Below are positions 25,747 through 32,000 of a DNA stretch of 32,000 nt, piece after piece; position 1 is the first letter of the stretch; the number at the start of each line of letters is the position of its first letter. Origin of the DNA: Trichlorobacter lovleyi SZ. GTDB lineage: Bacteria > Desulfobacterota > Desulfuromonadia > Geobacterales > Pseudopelobacteraceae. A program made the translations under genes and the position numbers. The stretch lies in contig NC_010814.1 in assembly GCF_000020385.1 (NCBI RefSeq), forward strand, positions 1,920,001 through 1,952,000, read 5' to 3'. The notes beneath the pieces are model-generated. The model saw nothing but the letters and a program-made list of their open reading frames with translations, searched no databases and had not been told where the DNA came from.

Positions 25747-26970
25747 TCAGGCAGCATGTCCGGTGTATCTGCGACTAAGCTGTTCTGTGCAGCCAAAGGC
25801 AGCCAGCAATAACAGGCAGATCATGGCAGCAACACCGGACCAGGCATAACTGCCCCAAAAGTAACCGCCCAGTGTGCCGGAAATGCTGGAACCGAGGTAG
25901 TAGGAAAACAGATACAACGATGAGGCCTGGGCGCGATAGCTGGTTGCCCTGCGGCTGACCCAGCCAGAGGCGATGCTGTGAATCCCGAAAAAACCGCAGG
26001 TAAACAGGGCGATTCCAGTGATGATGCTGATGAGTGATTGGGACAGTGTCAGCAGGATCCCGCAGGCCATGGCAGCAATGGTGGCCCTGACCACAAACCT
26101 GCGGCCAAAGCGCTGTATCAGGCGACCCATCATGGCCGAGCTGAGTGAACCTAGGAAATAGATCAGAAAGATCAGGCTGATAACTGACTGGCTTAAGGAG
26201 TGCGGTTCCAGCAGCAGGCGGAAGCCGATATAGTTGTAGAGGCTGATAAAGCAGCCCATGCAGAGAAATGCCGTCCCGAACAGGCAGAGCATGCCCGGAT
26301 CTTTCAGGTGGTGCAGCAGGGAAGGGAGCAGGGTACGCAGATCAAGGCTGCGTTTCTGAAAACGGCTTGAGGCTGGCAACAGTTTGATAAAGCAAAGCGC
26401 CAGCACCAGGCTGATGCAGCCGGTCAGACCGATGGCCGTGCGCCAGGGCAGGTAATCGGCCATGATGGCGGTAACCACCCTGCCGGACATGCCGCCAACG
26501 GCATTGCCGCTGATATAGAGACCCATGGCAGAGGCGATGGCGTTTGCATCCATCTCCTCACCCAGATAGGCCATGGCAACCGAGGGGACACCGGCCAGCA
26601 CTGCTCCTTGAGCAAAACGGATCAGGAGCAGAGAAGGCAGGGTGGTGGAAAAAGCGGTTGCTATGGCCAGTAGCGAGGTCAGGATCAGGGCCGTCACCAT
26701 GACCGGTTTACGGCCGATCGCATCCGAGGTCAGGCCTGAAAAAAGCATGCCGATGGCCAGCGTGGCGGTACTGATCGAAAGCGTCAGGCTGCTGGTGGCG
26801 GGGGAGATGCCGAATTCCCGGGTAAACAGAGGCAGCAGCGGCTGAATATCATACAGGGTCACAAAGGTGATAAACCCGGCGCAAAACAGGGCCAGGTTGG
26901 CCTGCCGGTAACGGGCTGAACCGATGGTGATAGCTTCTTGTATCTTGACCCTTGTCCTTTGTCCCTGCAT
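25747..26970 (-). CDS. MFS transporter, YnfM-like
   Basis: 407-aa ORF with about 12 TM segments. The N-terminal region FCAGFITFVTLYDIQPLLPLFTREFGISPATSSLTLSISTATLAIGMLFSGLTSDAIGRKPVM resembles the YnfM subfamily. The ATG directly abuts the stop of the upstream regulator (TAAATG). Confidence 0.8.
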   Translation of the reverse strand: MQGQRTRVKIQEAITIGSARYRQANLALFCAGFITFVTLYDIQPLLPLFTREFGISPATSSLTLSISTATLAIGMLFSGLTSDAIGRKPVMVTALILTSLLAIATAFSTTLPSLLLIRFAQGAVLAGVPSVAMAYLGEEMDANAIASAMGLYISGNAVGGMSGRVVTAIMADYLPWRTAIGLTGCISLVLALCFIKLLPASSRFQKRSLDLRTLLPSLLHHLKDPGMLCLFGTAFLCMGCFISLYNYIGFRLLLEPHSLSQSVISLIFLIYFLGSLSSAMMGRLIQRFGRRFVVRATIAAMACGILLTLSQSLISIITGIALFTCGFFGIHSIASGWVSRRATSYRAQASSLYLFSYYLGSSISGTLGGYFWGSYAWSGVAAMICLLLLAAFGCTEQLSRRYTGHAA

Positions 26971-28338
26971 TTACAGCCCGTATTTCTCCATCTTGTAACG
27001 CAGGGTTCCCCGGGGGATCTTGAGAATTAAAGAGGCCTTGACCACGTTTCCGTCAGCCCGTTCCAGTGCCGATACAACCAGCTGTTTTTCATAGTTGGCC
27101 ACACTGATTTCAAGTCCTTGTAGCAGATTGTCGTCTGTGATGCTTGAGGTTTGCCGGACTGGATGCTGGTGGAGTTCAGGCGGTAGATGGGACGGCAGCA
27201 GCAGAGGCCCGTGGGCCATGATGCAGATCCGCTCGATGATGTTGCGCAGTTCTCTGATGTTACCCGGCCAGGGGTAGCTGAGCAGCATCTGTTCTGCAGC
27301 AGGTTCAATCCCTTTGAACGATTTGCCAAAGGCCTGACTGAAGTGGGAAAGGAAATATTTGGCCAGCAGCAGGATATCAGTGCCCCGTTCACGCAGGGGA
27401 GGCAGGTGTAGCGGTACTACGTTGAGGCGGTAGAACAGATCTTCCCGGAAGGTGCCGATATGAATCCGTTGCCGCAGATCGCGATTGGTGGCGGCAATCA
27501 CCCGCAGATCAACCGGCAGATCCTTGGAACCACCCACCCGGCGGACGGTGCGTTCCTGCAAAACGCGCAGCAGTTTGGCCTGCAGGCTGGCGTACATGTC
27601 TCCGATTTCATCCAGGAAGATGGTGCCGTTGTGGGCCTCTTCAAACAGCCCGGTCTTGCGGGATGCTGCACCGGTAAAGGCCCCTTTTTCGTGGCCAAAC
27701 AGCTCACTCTCCATCAGTTCAGTGGGGATGGAGGCGCAGTTGACCGCCACAAAGGGGTGTTCCTTGCGATCTGACAGGGAATGGATCGCCCGGGCCACCA
27801 GCTCTTTGCCGGTGCCTGATTCGCCGGTGATCAGCACGGTGGCGGTCGGGATTCTGGCCACCTCCCGCACCTGATCCAGTACCTGCCGGAAGCAGGGACT
27901 TTCTCCCAGTAACGGCACATCAAGCCCCAGTGCGCCCGAACGCCGCAGGCCGCGGACCTCCCGCTTCAGTTCCTGGGTTTGCAGGGCCAGCTTGACAATC
28001 ACCCGCAGGGCATCGGCCTTGAACGGTTTCTTCATGTAGTCAAAAGCCCCCAGCTTGAGGGCATCAACGGCAGTTTCAACCGAGCCGTAACCGGTGATAA
28101 TAATTACCAGCAGATCCGGGTTGGCCTCCTTCAGCGCTCCCAGCAGATCAAGACCATTTTCGGGCCCCAGGTTCAGGTCCAGCAGGGCCAGGTCAACCTC
28201 ATTGCTGCCCACCAGCTCAAGTGCTTCTGAGCCGTTGGATGCCTCAAGCACACGGTATCCGTCCTCGCTCAGAATCCGCTGAACGTTCTCCCGTATAAAT
28301 GATTCATCATCTATTATGAGAATGGTTTCTGTAAGCAT
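26971..28338 (-). CDS. Sigma-54-dependent response regulator (NtrC/DctD-type enhancer-binding protein)
   Basis: 455-aa ORF. The receiver reads ILIIDDE...LALLDLNLG...MKKPF. The AAA+ domain has Walker A GESGTGKE, the GAFTGA loop (EKGAFTGAAS), Walker B IFLDEIGD and WPGNIRELRN. A Fis-type HTH closes the protein (IPRGTLRYKMEKYGL). Confidence 0.9.
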   Translation of the reverse strand: MLTETILIIDDESFIRENVQRILSEDGYRVLEASNGSEALELVGSNEVDLALLDLNLGPENGLDLLGALKEANPDLLVIIITGYGSVETAVDALKLGAFDYMKKPFKADALRVIVKLALQTQELKREVRGLRRSGALGLDVPLLGESPCFRQVLDQVREVARIPTATVLITGESGTGKELVARAIHSLSDRKEHPFVAVNCASIPTELMESELFGHEKGAFTGAASRKTGLFEEAHNGTIFLDEIGDMYASLQAKLLRVLQERTVRRVGGSKDLPVDLRVIAATNRDLRQRIHIGTFREDLFYRLNVVPLHLPPLRERGTDILLLAKYFLSHFSQAFGKSFKGIEPAAEQMLLSYPWPGNIRELRNIIERICIMAHGPLLLPSHLPPELHQHPVRQTSSITDDNLLQGLEISVANYEKQLVVSALERADGNVVKASLILKIPRGTLRYKMEKYGL

Positions 28339-28347
28339 AATAGCCTG

Positions 28348-28740
28348 TTAGAGTAGTTGTTGCGGGGCAGTGGCTGCCAGGGCGTCCTGAACGGCCGTCA
28401 GGAGTACTTCACAGGTGACCGGCTTTGCCAATACCTTGCTGACCGGCATCCTTTGAGCGATTGTCAGCAAGGTCTGTTGTGTCAGGTTGGGAGAACCACC
28501 GGTTATGGCAATGATTTTCAGGGAAGAATCCTTACGTGCGCTGGACATGATCACCTCAAAGCCGTCGGATTCCGGCATGACGATGTCGGTTATCACCAGA
28601 TCAACCTGTTCATCCAGAAGCCGCCTTTGACCCTGTCTGCCATTTTCCGCTTCAATCACCCGGTGTCCGCCGATCTGCAGAAAACCTTTCAAGACCGTGC
28701 GAACCTGGGGGTCATCATCAATCAGGAGAATTCGTGCCAT
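28348..28740 (-). CDS. Stand-alone receiver (CheY-like) protein
   Basis: 130-aa ORF with ILLIDDD, DLVITDIVMP, IIAITG and LAKPV motifs and no output domain. The SD AAGGA lies 8 nt upstream. Confidence 0.85.
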   Translation of the reverse strand: MARILLIDDDPQVRTVLKGFLQIGGHRVIEAENGRQGQRRLLDEQVDLVITDIVMPESDGFEVIMSSARKDSSLKIIAITGGSPNLTQQTLLTIAQRMPVSKVLAKPVTCEVLLTAVQDALAATAPQQLL

Positions 28741-30229
28741 GGGAAAAATCCTTGATGCTTTCTGGAGTACCGTTTCGATTCGGCATCAGGCAGGCCGCAA
28801 CAGCCGGAAGAAACACTGAAAAACAGCTGCCCAGACCTGCTTTTGACTCAACCTGCACAAATCCGCCATGCTGTTTGACGGTGCCGTAGACCATGGCCAG
28901 GCCCAATCCGGTGCCTTTACCCACTTCTTTGGTGGTGAAAAACGGTTCAAAGATCTTCTGTCTGATTTCTTCAGGGATACCCTGACCCGTGTCCTGCACC
29001 ATCAGGACCGCATAGGTTCCCGGTACTCTGTCCTTGGCCCCGCCAGTACTCTGCTCGTCAAGCAAGCGTTCAGCCGTGGCAATTGTTATGGTGCCGCCGG
29101 TCGGCATGGCATCCCGTGCATTGGTGATCAGGTTGAACAGCACCTGCTGCAACAAGACTTCATCCGCTGTGATGATCAGCGCTGTTTCAGCCAGATCCAG
29201 CTGCAGAGTCGTGTTTTTCTGCAGCAATTTCTGGGCCAGAAGTTGCGAATCTTTGACCAGCTGATTTAATTCCAGCGGGATGCTGTTGATGGTCTGTTTG
29301 CGGCTGAAGGCGAGCATACTGCGGGTAAGGGCGGTACCCCGTTCAACGGCCTTAAGAATTTCCAGCAGCTGCGGGGGATCAGGATTGGTTTGTTTTAGGT
29401 CGTACTGCAGGATCTGAGTGTTACCCGAGATGATCTGCAGGATATTGTTGAAGTCATGGGCAATGCCACCGGCCAGCTGACCGGCAGCCTCCATCTTCTG
29501 TGCGTGACGCAACTGGTCCTCTAACTGACGGCGTTCAGAGATATCAACAAAGGTGCAGACCATGCCGATAATCCGGTCCTGTTCCTGAATCGGATGGACA
29601 CTGTAGGAAACCGGAAAAGCGCTGCCATCCTGCCGCCAGAAGACCTCATCAGTGACCAGTGCCGGTGCTACCCCGGTGGTAATCAAACGGTGTGCCCTGC
29701 ATTCTGTTTCAGGGTATGCAGTGCCATCGGCATGGCTGTGGTGCATCAGCTGATGCATATTTTTTCCCAGCAGCAGCTCCGGCGCACTGTAGCCCAGCAG
29801 GCGGGCGCAGGAGCGGTTGGCCAGGATGCAGCGCCCCTCTTCATCAGTGCCGTAGATCCCTTCAATGGTTGAATCAAGCAGCAGCTTGATGCTGCGCAGG
29901 TTCTCCCGGTTCTGATGTTCAACAATCAGGTCGTTACGCTGCTTTAAGGCTCGCATCCAGGCAATCGGAGCGGCAATCAGGAGTGCCAGCAGTGTGACCG
30001 CTGAAATGGTGACAAGCTGGTGTTGCTGGAGGGCAATGGTTAAAGGGGAACGTTCGTCAATGGACTGGATTTTGCCGAACTTGTAGAGCAGATCAAGGTG
30101 GCTGCTCCGTTCGAGTAAAAAAATTGCCCCGCCGGCCAGCAGCGTAAACAGTGCAAGCGGCAGAAAACGCCCCAGAAAGAGGGTGAACATGGATTTAAGG
30201 CCGGATATGCTTTTGAAAATCTGTTTCAC
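28718..30229 (-). CDS. Membrane-anchored PAS sensor histidine kinase
   Basis: The kinase has two N-terminal TM helices ([18 protein letters not shown]; [19 protein letters not shown]). A PAS domain follows ([24 protein letters not shown]...). Kinase motifs are the H-box [13 protein letters not shown]-box [10 protein letters not shown]1 VQDTGQGI and G2 [10 protein letters not shown] place the start at the GTG at 30229 (SD AAGGA 5 nt upstream); the ATG at 30190 is an alternative. The first ~79 codons of the track ORF (up to 30466) overlap the upstream kinase and look non-coding in this frame. Confidence 0.8.
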   Translation of the reverse strand: MKQIFKSISGLKSMFTLFLGRFLPLALFTLLAGGAIFLLERSSHLDLLYKFGKIQSIDERSPLTIALQQHQLVTISAVTLLALLIAAPIAWMRALKQRNDLIVEHQNRENLRSIKLLLDSTIEGIYGTDEEGRCILANRSCARLLGYSAPELLLGKNMHQLMHHSHADGTAYPETECRAHRLITTGVAPALVTDEVFWRQDGSAFPVSYSVHPIQEQDRIIGMVCTFVDISERRQLEDQLRHAQKMEAAGQLAGGIAHDFNNILQIISGNTQILQYDLKQTNPDPPQLLEILKAVERGTALTRSMLAFSRKQTINSIPLELNQLVKDSQLLAQKLLQKNTTLQLDLAETALIITADEVLLQQVLFNLITNARDAMPTGGTITIATAERLLDEQSTGGAKDRVPGTYAVLMVQDTGQGIPEEIRQKIFEPFFTTKEVGKGTGLGLAMVYGTVKQHGGFVQVESKAGLGSCFSVFLPAVAACLMPNRNGTPESIKDFSHGTNSPD

Positions 30230-30290
30230 AATGGTCCTTGGCACTATTGGCCTGTTTTCTGGCTGCCTATAGCAGCAATTGATCGCTTTG

Positions 30291-32000
30291 TCATGTTGAA
30301 ACAACATCGGGAAGCGCCTGCAGCAGCGGCAGGCGGATCCTGAAGGTGGTGCTGTGGCCCGGTTCAGAGTCCACGCTGATGCTGCCGCCATGCTCCTCAA
30401 CAATCTGGCGGGTGATGGAGAGTCCAAGCCCGGTGCCGGCCCCTTTACGGGTAAAGAACGGCTCAAAGATCAATGGCAGATCCTGGGGCGGAATACCGTG
30501 TCCGGAATCGCTCACCGTAATCAGTGCATCGTGATCATCGCGGCTGATGGTCGTGGTGATCATTCCCCCCAGCGGCAGGGCCTCCAGGGCGTTTTTCAAG
30601 AGGTTCAGCAGGGCCTGACGGATTTTTTCTGCATCAATCAGGCAGGTTGGCAGCGGGCTTCGTTCAAGGCTCAGGACAATCCCCTGCCGTTGACAGGAAC
30701 GTTGCATCAGCATCACCACATCTTCGGCAGCTTCACCCGGGTCGCCCGGTGCAAAGCGTGAACGGGGCGGGGCAGCAAAGGTCAACAGAGCCGAGATCAG
30801 CCGTTCCATCCGTTCGATTTCTGCCATGGCCTTGGTCAGCATCTCGCGGTCCTTGTCACCCAGCTGGGCCCGGTCATGCAGGTCATCCAGCAGTAACGAG
30901 ATGCCGGTCAGAGGATTACGGATCTCATGGGAGATGCCGGCTGCAAGTTTTCCCAGTGAGGCCAGCCGCTCAAGCCGGACCGTCTCTTCCCGCAAATCCT
31001 CCCGGATGGTCTCATCCCGCAGGGTTACGGTCAGCCCGCGTTCTGCATGTTCACCAATCGGGAAGATGCCCACATCAAAATGCCGGATCCTGCCATCCTG
31101 CTCTATCTTGAGCGGTTCACGGCCATAGCCGCTACCTTCACTGAAGGCGCGGCCGATTCTGGCGGGGATATTTTCCCAACCGGCAAAAACAGTGGCGTAA
31201 TGGCTGCCAAGCGGCCAGCTCTGTCCCAGAAAACACTCGACCGAACTGTTGCGTGAGGTGAGGGTGCCGTCGGGCGCAAAGGTGGTGATGGCACTTGAGA
31301 TACTCTCCAGGATGCTTTCCTTGAAGTTCCGTTCATCCAGAATGGCCTGCCGGGATTCCTGCAGCTGCTCCAGGGTTGCAACGAGATTGGCCTTGCGCTG
31401 TTCCAGCTCTGCCACCATGGCGTTGAAGGCCAGTGCCAGTTCTGCCAGCTCGTCACTGCCCTTCACCACGACACGACTACCGGTTTCCCCGTTGGCCAGG
31501 CGGCGGGCACCTTCACTGAGATGCTGCAGCGGCCGGGTGATGCCCCGTGCCAGCAGCCAGGCCGCCAGCGCTGCAACCAAGGCTGCCAGTGAGATGAACA
31601 GGGCACTTTTCTGACGGTGTTCCTTCAGTTTGCTGGTTATGAGCTGACTACCGGCACTGGCCTGTTGCTGAAACTGGTCAACCTGGTAGCCGATGGTGAT
31701 ACCGCCAAAGATGCCGTGTTTTTTATACGGGCCGGTGTTGTAGAGGATCGGGGCATAGGCCATGATCTTGCGGGCACCGCCCACATTGGTCAGTTCAACC
31801 ACACCGCTTTGCTGTTTCCTGACCAATGCTGAGGCCTTGGGGTAGTTGGGGTGGATAAAACCGGCGTGATCAAGATTGAACGGAATGGTGCCGGCCTCAA
31901 CATTCTGGGGGGATGAGCTGGCGGTGTAAGGCGGCACCAGACGGCCCTGCCGGTCGACACCACGGATATCCCACAGCTTGGGATGGGTAATGATCCAGCC
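30291..32000 (-). CDS. Cache-HAMP-PAS sensor histidine kinase (DctB-like role inferred); N-terminus runs off the right edge of the window
   Basis: The frame is open from 32000, upstream of the track's Met at 31937: hand translation gives GWIITHPKLWDIRGVDRQGRLVPPYTASS.... A periplasmic dCache-like segment is present (IMAYAPILYNTGPYKKHGIFGGITIGY). It is followed by a TM (SALFISLAALVAALAAWLLA), HAMP (RPLQHLSEGARRLANGE...ELALAFNAMV), a PAS region, the H-box AAGISHEIRNPL, N-box LLKNALEA, G1 VSDSGHGI and G2 GTGLGLSI. Confidence 0.85.
   Translation of the reverse strand, partial: GWIITHPKLWDIRGVDRQGRLVPPYTASSSPQNVEAGTIPFNLDHAGFIHPNYPKASALVRKQQSGVVELTNVGGARKIMAYAPILYNTGPYKKHGIFGGITIGYQVDQFQQQASAGSQLITSKLKEHRQKSALFISLAALVAALAAWLLARGITRPLQHLSEGARRLANGETGSRVVVKGSDELAELALAFNAMVAELEQRKANLVATLEQLQESRQAILDERNFKESILESISSAITTFAPDGTLTSRNSSVECFLGQSWPLGSHYATVFAGWENIPARIGRAFSEGSGYGREPLKIEQDGRIRHFDVGIFPIGEHAERGLTVTLRDETIREDLREETVRLERLASLGKLAAGISHEIRNPLTGISLLLDDLHDRAQLGDKDREMLTKAMAEIERMERLISALLTFAAPPRSRFAPGDPGEAAEDVVMLMQRSCQRQGIVLSLERSPLPTCLIDAEKIRQALLNLLKNALEALPLGGMITTTISRDDHDALITVSDSGHGIPPQDLPLIFEPFFTRKGAGTGLGLSITRQIVEEHGGSISVDSEPGHSTTFRIRLPLLQALPDVVST

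Noticed and set aside
30230-30466. N-terminal ~79-aa extension of the track ORF 28718-30466 (MSRSLPVKGPAPGLDSPSPARLL...).
   Set aside because: It overlaps the 3' end of the upstream kinase gene (stop at 30291) in another frame and is Arg/Pro/Ser/Cys-rich with no domain logic. A GTG at 30229 with SD AAGGA gives a sensible basic-then-TM N-terminus.
1-32000. Window-wide search by eye for CRISPR arrays, IS/transposase or integrase genes, tRNA/rRNA genes, toxin-antitoxin pairs and known defence-system hallmarks.
   Set aside because: I saw no spaced direct-repeat arrays, no DDE/tyrosine-recombinase-like ORFs and no T-loop (GTTCRANYC within a 5-bp stem) candidates. The one GGGTTCACA at about 11756 has a 9-nt loop and no acceptor stem. 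No small paired ORFs were seen. Absence is by manual inspection only, so tRNAscan-SE/Infernal, ISfinder and DefenseFinder/PADLOC should be run to confirm.

Overview
This window looks like a chromosomal segment of a high-GC (about 55-65% by eye) Gram-negative anaerobe. Gene content fits a Desulfuromonadales/Geobacter-like organism, but that placement is only inference. I found no rRNA, tRNA, CRISPR array, transposase, integrase or recognisable defence or toxin-antitoxin genes.

Contents from left to right, mostly on the minus strand:
- (1) A CusS/CusR-like two-component pair (1-2017) with a CusR-box-like palindrome upstream.
- (2) A co-directional osmoadaptation block (2219-9360): otsA, a CPA2 antiporter with two RCK_C domains, a CBS-pair/DUF294 nucleotidyltransferase, and otsB. 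The OtsA here carries an unusual N-terminal two-TM sensor-like module of about 265 aa.
- (3) A low-GC insert of about 3 kb (9361-12290). It encodes a secreted TPR protein with a poly-lysine tail, a Pal-like OmpA lipoprotein, a weak orphan ORF and about 530 nt of non-coding DNA.
- (4) A type-II P-type cation ATPase, a heavily deleted SLC13 permease relic and a GH15 (trehalase/glucoamylase-like) hydrolase.
- (5) A plus-strand Na+-translocating biotin decarboxylase operon (mmdADCB-like, 17547-21139), convergent with nhaA.
- (6) dctPQM TRAP dicarboxylate transporter genes behind a near-consensus sigma-54 promoter with twin TGGC-N8-GCCA sites.
- (7) The presumed control operon: a Cache-HAMP-PAS kinase (5' end off the window), a PAS kinase, a stand-alone receiver, a sigma-54 enhancer-binding response regulator and a YnfM-like MFS transporter.

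The best candidates for something undescribed are the sensor-fused OtsA together with the antiporter/CBS-nucleotidyltransferase pair, the low-GC envelope-protein insert, and the apparent dicarboxylate-uptake/decarboxylation/Na+-cycle locus with a dual-kinase sigma-54 circuit. None of these is proven. All rest on hand translation and motif recognition without database searches.
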